The translations under genes and the position numbers were made by a program. A stretch of DNA of 20,349 nucleotides, taken from assembly GCA_046758705.1 (NCBI GenBank), contig JBHIAT010000055.1, positions 1 through 20,349 of the forward strand, written 5' to 3'. Below are positions 1 through 9,459 of the stretch, piece after piece; position 1 is the stretch's first letter; each line of letters starts with the position of its first letter. The DNA comes from Candidatus Bipolaricaulia bacterium. GTDB lineage: Bacteria > Bipolaricaulota > Bipolaricaulia > JBHIAT01. The notes beneath the pieces were generated by a model. That model searched no databases. It was not told where the DNA came from and worked only from the letters and a program-made list of their open reading frames with translations.

Positions 1-192
1 CTCGACCTCCTCTGGAGACAATTTGCTGCTCGTAAAAATTTCGTAATGCACCCAAGTCATCGATACTTGGGAGATGACGATAACCCCACTCGAAGGAGCT
101 TTCACAGGTCGATTCAAAATAGGGCTTCCTGGGAAACCCAGGGTCGCTGTGCGGATACAGCGGGTGACCTAAGGGGAAATTTGAACGAGCAA

Positions 193-221
193 TTGTTTTT
201 GTTCAGGCATCGGATTATAAT
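193..221 (+). promoter_or_regulatory. Sigma70-type promoter of the catabolic operon
   Basis: TTGTTT (193-198), 17-bp spacer, TATAAT (216-221). SD AAGGAG precedes the ATG at 264. Confidence 0.7.
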
Positions 222-235
222 GATTAAAACGATTA

Positions 236-251
236 CAGAAAACGTTTTCAG
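236..251. promoter_or_regulatory. LacI-family operator, copy 1
   Basis: CAGAAAACGTTTTCAG with perfect palindrome GAAAACGTTTTC (238-249) and the central CG typical of LacI/PurR/RbsR sites. Identical 16-mer at 5859-5874. A degenerate site TAAAACGATTAC lies adjacent at 225-236. Confidence 0.85.
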
Positions 252-263
252 AAGGAGAGTGAG

Positions 264-1145
264 ATGTCTGTCAAAGTACTTCTCGATACGGATATTGGAT
301 CCGACATCGACGATGCTGTCTGCCTCGCCTACCTATTGGCCCAACCGGAGTGTGACTTGCTCGGTATCACGACCGTCACCGGCGAGCCGGAGAAGCGGGC
401 GATGCTGGCCAGTGCCATCTGCAGAGTCGCCGGCAAGGAAATCCCGATCTTTCCAGGGGCACCGCAGCCGCTGTTGGTCTCTTCAAGGCAACCTCAGGTG
501 CCTCAGGCGGCCGCGTTGGAAAACTGGGAATACGCCACGGAGTTTCCTCAGGGTCGGGCGCTGGGATTCATGAGGGAGACGATCTACGACAATCCTGGCG
601 AAGTCGTCCTGTTGGCGATCGGTCCGATGACCAATGTGGCGCTGCTGTTCAGAATGGATGCGAGGATCCCTGAACTACTGAAGAGCTTGGTATTGATGTG
701 TGGCGTGTTCGTTCGTTCAGCCGGCAGAAGAAACCTGCTGGAATGGAACGCCCTGGTGGACCCGCACGCAGCGGCGATTGTCTATCAGACGGATGTGAAC
801 GTCCATCGTTCGGTGGGTCTGGATGTCACCACGCAGGTGGTGATGGATACCGAGGAAGTCCGAGCGCACTTTAGCGTGGATCTGCTGCAGCCGGTGCTCG
901 ACTTCGCCGAGGTCTGGTTTGAGCAAAGGGACGAGATCACATTTCACGATCCCCTAGCTGCAGCTGTGATCTTCGACGACGGAATCTGCACATTCAAGCG
1001 CGGAGAGGTGCAGGTAGAGCTGGCAAGCGCGCCGTTGCAGGGGATGACTCTTTGGAATTCGCGCGTTTCAGACCCGAAGCACGAGATCGCGCTGGAGGTA
1101 GACAGCGAGCGGTTCTTCGAGCACTTCTTCTCCGTGTTTCAATAA
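264..1145 (+). CDS. Inosine-uridine-preferring family nucleoside hydrolase
   Basis: N-terminal [10 protein letters not shown] (DxDxxxDD) Ca-binding motif, plus AIGPMTN, EWN..DP.AA, GLDVT and FHDPLAA. Good SD. Confidence 0.93.
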   Translation: MSVKVLLDTDIGSDIDDAVCLAYLLAQPECDLLGITTVTGEPEKRAMLASAICRVAGKEIPIFPGAPQPLLVSSRQPQVPQAAALENWEYATEFPQGRALGFMRETIYDNPGEVVLLAIGPMTNVALLFRMDARIPELLKSLVLMCGVFVRSAGRRNLLEWNALVDPHAAAIVYQTDVNVHRSVGLDVTTQVVMDTEEVRAHFSVDLLQPVLDFAEVWFEQRDEITFHDPLAAAVIFDDGICTFKRGEVQVELASAPLQGMTLWNSRVSDPKHEIALEVDSERFFEHFFSVFQ

Positions 1146-1155
1146 GGGGGATGAG

Positions 1156-2175
1156 ATGCCTATAACGGTCTATCCCGATACCCAATGGGCGTGTATATCG
1201 CCTGATGAAGCCGACATGTCGGCCGAGAAACTCGACGATGCCAAACGCTGGCTCGACAGCTGCGTCGGCGACGGGCACTATCGCGTCGTCATCGTCCGAG
1301 GCGGTCGCCTCGTCGCCGAGTGGAACCATCGCGTCGACCGTGACGAACAGCTGTGGTTGGCTTCTGCGGCCAAGTCGATCTTTTCCTGCATCCTGGGCAT
1401 CGTCATCGAAGAGGGAAAAATTCCATCGGCCGACGCCAAAATCGTCGACTACTATCCCGAAGCGATGGACGTGCCGGAGGGCGAAGGCCCTAAGTTAGGG
1501 CGCTACGCGTTTGAAAAGGACCGCGACATCACTTTTCGTCAACTCATCTCTAATACCTCCGGCTATATGAAGCCCAATGAAAAACCGGGCAAGGTGTTTC
1601 ACTATCAGACCTACGGCATGAACATCCTCACTCATGCCATCGCCAAGATCTACGGCCTCTACGACATCCGCGATCCTGAAGGGTCGCCCGGCTTCAAGCA
1701 ACTGGTTGACGAAAAGCTGCGCATCTCCATCGGTGCGACTTGGGGTTATTACCTGATGAACTTTGACCTGCATCCCAAGGCTCGTATCCACATCTTTGGC
1801 TACTACGACGGCGTTCAGGCCAATGCGCTCGACATGGCCCGATTGGGCTGGTTATGGTGCAACAGAGGTCGCTGGGAGGACAGACAGCTCATTCCGAAGG
1901 CATGGTTGCGCGAGGCGACGCGGACCGCACCTGACATCTGTGCGAACTGTCCGTCGGAGCAGTGGAAGTATGGCTACGCTTTCTGGACCAACGACCATGG
2001 CCAGCTCTGGCCCAGTCTGCCTCACGATGCTTATGCGGCCTCAGGCGCGGGCAGCCAGCACATCTGGGTCTGCCCCGGTCTGGACTTGATCGTCGTACAG
2101 AGTCCAGGGCTGTGGCAGGATCAGGAGGAAAACGACACTGGCCTGCTGAGACTGGTGGTCGATGCCTGTGTATGA
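1156..2175 (+). CDS. Beta-lactamase-related serine hydrolase (esterase/amidase type)
   Basis: ASAAKS (SxxK), ITFRQLISNTSG, PGKVFHY, DMARLGWLW, YGYAFW, ASGAGSQ..PGLDLIVV. No signal peptide. Confidence 0.88.
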   Translation: MPITVYPDTQWACISPDEADMSAEKLDDAKRWLDSCVGDGHYRVVIVRGGRLVAEWNHRVDRDEQLWLASAAKSIFSCILGIVIEEGKIPSADAKIVDYYPEAMDVPEGEGPKLGRYAFEKDRDITFRQLISNTSGYMKPNEKPGKVFHYQTYGMNILTHAIAKIYGLYDIRDPEGSPGFKQLVDEKLRISIGATWGYYLMNFDLHPKARIHIFGYYDGVQANALDMARLGWLWCNRGRWEDRQLIPKAWLREATRTAPDICANCPSEQWKYGYAFWTNDHGQLWPSLPHDAYAASGAGSQHIWVCPGLDLIVVQSPGLWQDQEENDTGLLRLVVDACV

Positions 2176-2225
2176 AAGAAACAAAGAGATCGCTCTCACG
2201 GAGATGAAAGGGTAGGGGTTCTGTA

Positions 2226-3110
2226 ATGAAGGTAAGACATGCAGTGCCTATTGGTGTATTGGGTGCATATCGGGATCGGTTCCACGAATACCAAAAAGCG
2301 CGACCACTGCAGGAAAGGTTGGAAATGACAAAACAGATCTCCGGTGCTGATGGAATCGAGATTGTTTATCCACAAGACTTTGATGTGCCCGAGACGACCG
2401 TTTCGCTCGTCAACGACCTGAACCTTACGGTGTCCGCGGTCAATGTGAACTTGAAATCGGAAAAGAAATGGCGGTTTGGCTCCCTGACCTCCACCGACTC
2501 CAACCTGCGGGCTGAAGCTGTCGAGTATCTAAAAACCGCCATGGACTTGGCCGCGGAGCTGGGTGCCAACATGATCACCGTATGCCTCCTGATCGACGGC
2601 TGGGACTATAACTTTCAGGTGGATTATCGGAACCAGTGGAGGTGGCTCGTTGCGGGTTTGAAGACCACCGCTGGACATCGCCAGGACGTCAACATCAGCC
2701 TGGAGTACAAGCCTTACGTGGGCATAACTCTGGACGTGGGCCATGCCCTGGCTGCTGGGGAAACCCCCGCGGCTGAAGCCTGCCTTGCCAGCGATGCAGA
2801 GCGGCTCTTCCACCTCCACTTCAACGATAACAACCGGATTTGGGATTGGGATATGCTGCCTGGCGCGGTCAACCTCTGGGACATGATGGAAACCCTCTTC
2901 TACCTCAATCGTATGGAATGGCAGGGTTGGATCGCTTACGACGTCTTCTCGCGGCAAGGCGATCCTGCAGATACACTGGCCACAGCCATCGGCATGATCA
3001 AAACTCTGGAATCCTGGGTCGAGGAGAACGGTCACCGAGTCGAGGAACTGATCGAAACGAGCACCCCTGCCTACGCATTCCGCAAGCTCATCACGGAGAT
3101 GTTGTTTTAG
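2226..3110 (+). pseudogene. Xylose-isomerase-like TIM-barrel sugar isomerase/epimerase with apparent in-frame internal deletion
   Basis: GSLTSTD..LR..AV, DGWDYNFQVDY, LEYKPY, LDVGH and HLHFNDN..WDWD motifs. LEYKPY is fused directly to VGITLDVGH (junction about 2717), whereas this family normally has EP plus roughly 25-30 aa between them. Confidence 0.7.
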
Positions 3111-3122
3111 CGAGGGACTGAC

Positions 3123-3672
3123 ATGCGGCTTGGAATAGGAAGCTATGCGTTCCGTTGGGCGGTGGGGACGAAGAGATTTCGTCCCGCTCGCCCCCTAACT
3201 CTGGTGGATCTTGTACACAGAGCCGTCGAGCTGGAGGTCGATGTTGTCCAGTACGCGGATAATCTGCCGCTTGACGACCTTTCCCCTGTGGAAAGGGTGG
3301 CACTGAAGCGTGTGGCTCAAGATCACGGGATGGTGTTGGAGGTTGGAACGGCACTCGAACTGGCCGCTGGAGACGGTGAGCATGCTTGCCCCGTGCGCTC
3401 TCAGTCTCCACCTCAAGGACTACGTGATCCGGCCGGACCTGGAAGGTATCGGCCTCGTCATCACAGGTGTGCCATTAGGTGAGGGGATGCAGAACAGTGA
3501 GCGGATTCTTGAGATCGTCCGGGCCAGCGAAAAAGATCCCAACGTGATTCTGGAGCAGTGGATGCGTCACCGGGAGAGCGAGGTCGAGACGTTGCAGATG
3601 GAGCTCGAATGGATGCGAAAGAGCGTTGGGGCCGGACGACAGCTCATCCGGCCCCTGGGAGGAGGATCATGA
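3123..3672 (+). pseudogene. Second TIM-barrel protein (resembles 3-oxoisoapionate decarboxylase OiaC-like family), deleted and frameshifted
   Basis: The N-part MRLGIGSYAFRW...LEVGT is in the frame of 3123. The C-part WPLETV...LHLKDY...GVPLGEG...ILEQW is in another frame ending at TGA 3672. Frame switch at about 3350-3370; the central part of the barrel is missing. Confidence 0.75.
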
Positions 3673-4784
3673 CAGCTGCATCTGGAGAAGCCCGAACTTA
3701 TTACCCCCCTCCGGAATCGGAGGGAGGATGGCGTTGGCTCAAAGGGCCTGAGGAGGTTCGATCGATCGGGGGGATGGATCCCGATAGGCTTCAGTTCGCC
3801 TGTGAATGGAACGCGCTGTATTCCAGCAGCTCGGAGGTGGTCATCATCCGCCACGGATACCTGGTTACAGAGTGGTACGAAAACCATACCCTCACCCCCA
3901 CCCGATTTGACATCTGGTCATGCACCAAGTCGTTCACAGGTACGGCATACGGCGTTCTGTTCGAGGACAGTCAGCTGGACAAGCTTTCCTCGGACAAGCG
4001 CGTCGATCTGGACAGCTTCGTCTACCCCCTCATCCCGGAGGGGTATCCGTTGAGCGATCCGCGGAAGGAGCAGATCACATTTCGTCATCTACTGTCCATG
4101 ACGTCCGGCATACCTGGCCAGAGATCGGGTGTTTACGGTCTCCCAACCGAGATCGGGGTGGGCCCGTTTGAGGCGGCGTTGGGCTGCGCACCGGTGAAGG
4201 CCCGCCGATGGCCGACCGAACGATGGGCATCCCAATTGTCGGCAGAGCCAGGGACCCAATGGGATTACAGCGATCCCGCAATGGCCCATCTGGCACTGGC
4301 TTTCTATCATGTGACTGGCCGGGAGATCAGCGAGTTTATGCAGGAGCGGGTGTTCGACCCCATCGGCATCGAGAGCCTCAGCTGGGACATGCAGGGCGTC
4401 GGTGCCGAATTCATCGGGCCGCATACCAATGCCCACACTGGTATCCATATCTGCGCTCGTGAACTGGCGCGATTTGGCTACTTGATGTTGCGCAACGGGG
4501 TTTGGGATGGGCGACAGATCGTAGCGCCCTGGTGGATCGAGGTGGCGACCCAAACCTCACAGGAGTTCAATCCCAACTATGGCTACACCTGGTGGGTAAA
4601 TACACAAGGGATCCAGTGGCCTGGGGTTCCACGGGATGCGTTTGCGGCCATGGGACATCTCTGTAACCGATGTTACGTGATCCCTTCGCTCGACCTGGTG
4701 GTGGTGCGCATCGGTTCGGGACCCGCAAGTTGGGAGGAGCCAGTGTTCATCGAGAAAGTCGTCGATGCGGTTATCGCCGATTGA
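3669..4784 (+). CDS. Beta-lactamase-related serine hydrolase (second paralog)
   Basis: Start reassigned to ATG 3669 (GGAGG SD, ATGA overlap with the upstream stop). Motifs WSCTKS (SxxK), ITFRHLLSMTSG, PGTQWDYSD, ELARFGYLML, YGYTWW, PSLDLVVVR. Confidence 0.9.
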   Translation: MTAASGEARTYYPPPESEGGWRWLKGPEEVRSIGGMDPDRLQFACEWNALYSSSSEVVIIRHGYLVTEWYENHTLTPTRFDIWSCTKSFTGTAYGVLFEDSQLDKLSSDKRVDLDSFVYPLIPEGYPLSDPRKEQITFRHLLSMTSGIPGQRSGVYGLPTEIGVGPFEAALGCAPVKARRWPTERWASQLSAEPGTQWDYSDPAMAHLALAFYHVTGREISEFMQERVFDPIGIESLSWDMQGVGAEFIGPHTNAHTGIHICARELARFGYLMLRNGVWDGRQIVAPWWIEVATQTSQEFNPNYGYTWWVNTQGIQWPGVPRDAFAAMGHLCNRCYVIPSLDLVVVRIGSGPASWEEPVFIEKVVDAVIAD

Positions 4785-4813
4785 CGCCTTTGCATAAAAG
4801 GGAGGATAGGCAA

Positions 4814-5800
4814 GTGGAGAAACCGGTGATCGCGATCACGATGGGCGATGCGGCCGGAATAGGACCGGAGCTTATCATCAAGGTCCTATCTCAGAGGACG
4901 GCCTGGGACATTTGTCATCCCTTTGTTGTCGGTGACCCCAAGATCATGGTCGATATTTGCAGGATGGTGGGAACAAATCTGCAGTTCAAGGCCATCGGAA
5001 ACTTATCAGAGGTCAACTTCTCTCCATCAGTTGTCGAAGTCCTGTGTCCAGAGGGACTGCGTGTGGATCACGTGCGGTGGGGTCAGGTCGATCCTGCCAT
5101 GGGAAGGGCAGCGGCCTTGTGTCTACAAAAGGCTTTCGAGATGGCTCTCGTTGGGGAAATCCATGGCGTGGTCTCAGCGCCTCTTAACAAAGAGGCGTTC
5201 CATCTGGCCGGGTATCAGTACATGGACGAACTCGCCTATTTGGCCCATTTGACAAGAAGTTCGGAACCGTTCACTGTGGGCGTCATGGATCGGGTTTGGA
5301 CCGTTGCGGTGACCGAGCACGTTCCCTTCAGGGATATCGTGGATCTGATCAAGAAAGACAGGATCCTGAAGCAGATCAGCCACCTACACGGAATCTTGAA
5401 GAAAGCAGGATTCACCGATCCCAAAATCGCGATGGCAGCACTGAACGTTCACGCCGGAGAGGGAGGGCTTTTCGGGCGAGAGGAGATTGACGAAATTGGA
5501 CCCGCGATCCAACGGGCGAAGCAGCAAGGGATAAATGTCCAGGGACCCTTCCCTGCTGACACCGTATTCGTGACGGCCATGGATGAGGGCTTCGATGGGG
5601 TCGTCTGCATGTACCACGATCAGGCCAACATCGCACGGAAATTGTTGGCGAAACGAACGGGGGCGACCCTCTTCATGGGCCTGCCGGTGATCTGTGGTAC
5701 CACCGCACATGGCACCGCCTTTGATAAAGCGGGAAAGGGAATCAGCGATCCAGGTAGCCTGGAAGCCGCGCTAAAGTATACGGTCAAGCTTTCTTCTTAG
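4814..5800 (+). CDS. pdxA: PdxA-family metal-dependent dehydrogenase, divergent (catabolic PdxA2-like context)
   Basis: GTG start after GGAGG. Motifs IAITMGDAAGIGPE, SAPLNKE, TEH, LNVHAGEGG.FG.EE, GPFPADT.F, MYHDQ, HGTAFD.AG. Confidence 0.85.
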   Translation: MEKPVIAITMGDAAGIGPELIIKVLSQRTAWDICHPFVVGDPKIMVDICRMVGTNLQFKAIGNLSEVNFSPSVVEVLCPEGLRVDHVRWGQVDPAMGRAAALCLQKAFEMALVGEIHGVVSAPLNKEAFHLAGYQYMDELAYLAHLTRSSEPFTVGVMDRVWTVAVTEHVPFRDIVDLIKKDRILKQISHLHGILKKAGFTDPKIAMAALNVHAGEGGLFGREEIDEIGPAIQRAKQQGINVQGPFPADTVFVTAMDEGFDGVVCMYHDQANIARKLLAKRTGATLFMGLPVICGTTAHGTAFDKAGKGISDPGSLEAALKYTVKLSS

Positions 5801-5818
5801 TCGTTCATCAGCCCTGGG

Positions 5819-5847
5819 TTGATTTTGACTAGGTGTTGAGTTAGAAT
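5819..5847 (+). promoter_or_regulatory. Sigma70-type promoter upstream of the transporter genes
   Basis: TTGATT (5819-5824), 17-bp spacer, TAGAAT (5842-5847), followed by operator copy 2. Confidence 0.6.
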
Positions 5848-5858
5848 TGAAATAATCT

Positions 5859-5874
5859 CAGAAAACGTTTTCAG
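5859..5874. promoter_or_regulatory. LacI-family operator, copy 2
   Basis: CAGAAAACGTTTTCAG, identical to 236-251 and in a similar position downstream of a -10 box. Confidence 0.85.
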
Positions 5875-5883
5875 GGGGGCAAG

Positions 5884-6024
5884 ATGGGGGTGGTTGGTTT
5901 CGACAACATCCTGCTCACTTCTGACGGGATGAGAAACCCGAAACAGAATAAAGTGAAGTTCTCCGACCAGGGGTCGAAGTATCCAAGTCCCAAATCTTAT
6001 AAACCCGAAGGGGGGATGCCATAG
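5884..6024 (+). pseudogene. 46-codon ORF, probable relic of a LacI-family repressor
   Basis: Translates as MGVVGFDNILLTSDGMRNPKQNKVKFSDQGSKYPSPKSYKPEGGMP. VVGFDNI is the conserved C-terminal motif of LacI-family effector domains. It lies directly behind a LacI operator. Confidence 0.5.
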
Positions 6025-6085
6025 GGAAAAATCTCTGCTTCCGGAGGGAAGCTCTAGCAAAACTAATCTCAAGGAGGGAGATAAA

Positions 6086-7117
6086 ATGAAGTCCAGAGGT
6101 TTAGTGGGTGGGTTTTTAATCGTCGTTCTAGCCATGGCGTTGGTCATGCCGGTCTCCATCGCTCAGGAAGAGCCACTCGACGTCGCACTCCTGATCTCCG
6201 GCATGATGCACCCGTTCTTTGTGACGGTGGCGGATGGCGCCAAGGCTGCGGGAGCAAGATTTAATGTGGCCGTGACGGTGCTTGATGCACAGGATGACCC
6301 GGAGTTGCAGACCAGACAGGTCGAGGACAGCATCATAGTGGGATATGACGCGCTGTTGATCAACCCGGCGGATGTCGAGGCGCTGGTCACGGCGGTGAGG
6401 CGGGCGAACGAAGCGGGAATCCCGGTGTTCACCGTGGATCGAGATGTGATTGCAGGGGAACGGTTTGCCTATATCGGCACGAGCAACGTGATGGCGGCGG
6501 AGCAAGGGGCCGAATTCCTGGTAGACCTCCTCAGATTCTCGAGACGGCCCAAACCGTGGAAGGTCGTGATGCTCGAAGGGATCCCGGGGGCCTCATCGGC
6601 CAGGGAACGGGAGGAAGGCTTCCACAACGTCCTCGATTCGCTCAAGAAATCAGGGGACATCCTGATCGTTGCCGATTTGACCGCGAACTTCGACCGGGCG
6701 ACCGGCCTGAGGGTTATGGAGGACGTCCTAGCGGTCACCATCGATATCGACGCCGTGATCGCGGCGAACGACGAGATGGCATTGGGAGCGTTGGAGGCGC
6801 TGAAGGGGGCGGGCCTGGGTGTCGAGTGGCCCGATGGGGTCTTCGTCGTCGGATTTGATGCCATCGATGACGCCGTCGAAGCGGTCAGGAGAGGTGACTT
6901 CCAGGCGACGGTCGCACAGGCCCCCTTCATCATGGGCTACTGGGCTGTGGAAGCGGTGGCCAAGAACCAGAGGGAAGGATGGATGCTCCCTGAGGGGACG
7001 CCGATCTATGAGCCGACCGGTGCGCTCCTCATCGCCACCCCTGTACTGGTCGTCACCTGGGAGAATGTGGATCAGGTGGAGGAGATCACCAAGGTACCGC
7101 CTCCACTTGTTCCCTGA
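6086..7117 (+). CDS. Sugar ABC transporter substrate-binding protein (RbsB-like)
   Basis: Signal peptide (KSR plus hydrophobic core, SIA|Q), HPFF, GIPVFTVDR, LEGIPGASSARER, ANFDR, NDEMALGA, VVGFD, ATVAQ. SD AAGGAGG. Confidence 0.93.
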   Translation: MKSRGLVGGFLIVVLAMALVMPVSIAQEEPLDVALLISGMMHPFFVTVADGAKAAGARFNVAVTVLDAQDDPELQTRQVEDSIIVGYDALLINPADVEALVTAVRRANEAGIPVFTVDRDVIAGERFAYIGTSNVMAAEQGAEFLVDLLRFSRRPKPWKVVMLEGIPGASSAREREEGFHNVLDSLKKSGDILIVADLTANFDRATGLRVMEDVLAVTIDIDAVIAANDEMALGALEALKGAGLGVEWPDGVFVVGFDAIDDAVEAVRRGDFQATVAQAPFIMGYWAVEAVAKNQREGWMLPEGTPIYEPTGALLIATPVLVVTWENVDQVEEITKVPPPLVP

Positions 7118-7184
7118 TCTCTTGGGATACCAAATCCTATTCAAGGTGGTGTATCGGACACCATAGAATCTGGTAGAGTCGTAG

Positions 7185-7230
7185 AGCAGGGCGGGGATCG
7201 GTTGTTCTCCCCGCCCTGCTGAGCTTTTTT
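7185..7230 (+). terminator. Strong intergenic hairpin / leaky terminator after the binding-protein gene
   Basis: AGCAGGGCGGGGA (7185-7197) pairs perfectly with TCCCCGCCCTGCT (7208-7220). T6 at 7225-7230. Confidence 0.75.
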
Positions 7231-7262
7231 CGATATCTGCTCGCAGAAATTCAAGGAGATCT

Positions 7263-8219
7263 ATGGACAAAGTCAAATCTCTGATCGGTGTGTTGAACAA
7301 AAATCGAGAGATCTTTGCCCTGGTTGCCCTCATCGGATTGATCATCGTCTCATCACTGCTCTCCCCGCACTTCCTGACGACTCGGAATATCAAAAATGTC
7401 CTGGCTCAGGTCTCCGTTATCGCGGTGCTGGCCGCGGGCGAGACCTACGTTATCCTGACGGGGGGCATCGATCTTTCGGTCGGTTCAGTCCTGGCGTTGT
7501 CGGGGGCGATCACCGCCGCTCTGATGAAATGGTGGGGGATGCCGATCTACGTCTCCATTCTGGGCGGACTGGCCATCGGCTCCCTGTGCGGGGCGATCAA
7601 CGGACTGCTCGTCTCCAGGATCAGAATCCCGTCGTTCATCGCGACATTGGCGATGATGGCCGTGGCCCGGGGCGGAGCGCTGGTGATCATGAAGGGGGCG
7701 CCGATCTCGCTGTTCCCGCCCGAGTTCAGGATCATCGCCAGATATGCAGGCCCGATCTCCGGCCTGACGATCATCGTCATCGTCGTATACGTGATCTGGC
7801 AGCTGATGCTCTCTTATACCAAGACCGGGCAATACATCTATGCCATCGGCGGTAACGAGGAGGCCGTCCGGGTCTTGGGGGTCAAGGTGGATAACGTCAA
7901 GCTGTTTGTGTTTACCTTCTCCGGTTTCTGCGCCGGGCTCGGCGGGATCATGTTGAACGCGCGGCTCGACGCTGCCTATCCGACCGCGGGCCAGGGCTAT
8001 GAGCTCGACGCGATCGCGGCGAGTGTGCTCGGCGGGATCAGCTTCACCGGGGGCATCGGGTCGTTGATAGGGACGTTCATGGGAGCGTTGATCATGACGA
8101 TCCTGGGCAACCTGCTGAACCTGCTCCGCGTTGCCGCCTTCTATCAGTTTATCGCCAAGGGGTTGATCCTGGCCATCGCGGCCATCTCGCTTTCAAGAGG
8201 GTTGAGATATGCCAAATGA
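7263..8219 (+). CDS. Sugar ABC transporter permease (RbsC-like)
   Basis: Multiple hydrophobic segments, [43 protein letters not shown]. Confidence 0.95.
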   Translation: MDKVKSLIGVLNKNREIFALVALIGLIIVSSLLSPHFLTTRNIKNVLAQVSVIAVLAAGETYVILTGGIDLSVGSVLALSGAITAALMKWWGMPIYVSILGGLAIGSLCGAINGLLVSRIRIPSFIATLAMMAVARGGALVIMKGAPISLFPPEFRIIARYAGPISGLTIIVIVVYVIWQLMLSYTKTGQYIYAIGGNEEAVRVLGVKVDNVKLFVFTFSGFCAGLGGIMLNARLDAAYPTAGQGYELDAIAASVLGGISFTGGIGSLIGTFMGALIMTILGNLLNLLRVAAFYQFIAKGLILAIAAISLSRGLRYAK

Positions 8220-9003
8220 GGATAAGGTGGACGGAGCCCCCGTGGTGCAGATGAAACGGATCTCGAAGCGGTTCGGTGGTATCAGAGCATTGCAACGGGT
8301 GGACTTCGAGTTGAACCACGATGAGATCGTGGGGCTGGTCGGAGATAACGGTGCCGGTAAGTCGACGTTGATCAAGATCCTGGCCGGTGTCTACTCCCCG
8401 AACGAGGGAGAGATCCTGTTCGAAGGGAGGCAGGTGACCATCCGAAACCCGAAAGACGCAAAGCTATTGGGGATCGAGACGGTCTATCAGGAGTTAGCGT
8501 TGGTCGATAACATCGACGTCGCCGGCAACATCTTCCTGGGACGGGAGCCCACCCGGTTTGCGCTGGGAAATCTGATCGAGGTCATCGACAGGAGAAAGAT
8601 GAGACGGGAAGCCCGACAGCTCCTGAATCGGTTAAAGATCAACGTCAATTCGATAGGGGCGAGGGTCGGGGAGCTTTCCGGAGGCCAGCGCCAAGCGGTG
8701 GCCCTGTCCCGGGCGCTCTACACGGAGCCGAAGGTCGTCATCATGGATGAGCCGACCTCCGCTCTGGCGGTGAAAGAGGTGAGGAAGGTGCTCGACCTGA
8801 TGGTCCAGCTGAAGGAGCGCGGGGTCTCGGTCATCTTTATCAGCCACACCCTGCAGGAGATCCTGTCCGTCGCGGATCGGATCTTCATCCTGAGAAAGGG
8901 CAGGAAGGTAGGAGACAAGCGAGTCGAGGACACTACCTTGGATGAGATCGTCAAGTTGATGGTCGGGGGGGAGGAAGGCGAGCTCGGTGAACCAGCGGCG
9001 TAA
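8209..9003 (+). CDS. Sugar ABC transporter ATP-binding protein (single domain)
   Basis: Walker A GDNGAGKST, Q-loop VYQE, signature LSGGQ, Walker B VIMDEPT, H-loop ISH. Confidence 0.95.
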   Translation: MPNEDKVDGAPVVQMKRISKRFGGIRALQRVDFELNHDEIVGLVGDNGAGKSTLIKILAGVYSPNEGEILFEGRQVTIRNPKDAKLLGIETVYQELALVDNIDVAGNIFLGREPTRFALGNLIEVIDRRKMRREARQLLNRLKINVNSIGARVGELSGGQRQAVALSRALYTEPKVVIMDEPTSALAVKEVRKVLDLMVQLKERGVSVIFISHTLQEILSVADRIFILRKGRKVGDKRVEDTTLDEIVKLMVGGEEGELGEPAA

Positions 9004-9009
9004 GTGTCT

Positions 9010-9405
9010 ATGAAGAAGCAAGGCATCCTGAACGAGCGGGTCAGCGCGGTACTCGCCCGCCTGGGGCACACCGATTGGCTCGCCATTGCCGATTGTGGCC
9101 TTCCCATCCCCGATGGGGTGGAGCGCATTGACTTGGCCCTGGTTCAGGGCATCCCGCGCTTCCAGGACGTGGTGCAGGCCATCGCCAGCGAGCTGGTCGT
9201 CGAGAAGGTCATCCTCGCCCAGGAGACCCAGTCACACAACCCAGACTGCTATCGGTTCCTCACCGAGCAGTTTGGAGATGTGCCCGTTGAGGAGATCTCT
9301 CACGAGGAACTGAAACGTCGGCTCAAGGCGGTGAAGGCCGTGATCCGCACGGGCGAAGCAACTCCTTATGCCAACGTGATCCTCCAGGCTGGAGTGGCCT
9401 TCTAG
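9010..9405 (+). CDS. rbsD: D-ribose pyranase
   Basis: MKKQGILN..LGHTD..IADCGLPIP..IDLAL..SHEELK..IRTGEATPYAN. ATG 9010 is preferred over GTG 9004. Confidence 0.95.
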   Translation: MKKQGILNERVSAVLARLGHTDWLAIADCGLPIPDGVERIDLALVQGIPRFQDVVQAIASELVVEKVILAQETQSHNPDCYRFLTEQFGDVPVEEISHEELKRRLKAVKAVIRTGEATPYANVILQAGVAF

Positions 9406-9459
9406 TGTTGATAGAAGGCGGCCTGGAGACCCGTCACAGTTCCCCCATTCGTTATTTCC

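Noticed and set aside
46-573. 175-aa ORF overlapping the nucleoside hydrolase
   Set aside because: It spans the promoter/operator and lies in an alternative frame of a well-supported gene, with no recognisable motifs.
3345-3370. Programmed frameshift joining the two halves of the second TIM barrel
   Set aside because: There is no slippery sequence, and the joined product would still lack the central part of the barrel. Deletion plus frameshift is simpler.
3558-3668. N-terminal extensions in the ORF track (3558, 4670 and 17863 starts)
   Set aside because: They overlap upstream genes or intergenic DNA. Family homology starts at 3669, 4814 and 17797, and the first two have clear SD sites.
1156-4784. 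Antibiotic-resistance beta-lactamases
   Set aside because: No signal peptides, no class C KTG motif, and a catabolic operon context. More likely esterases or amidases.
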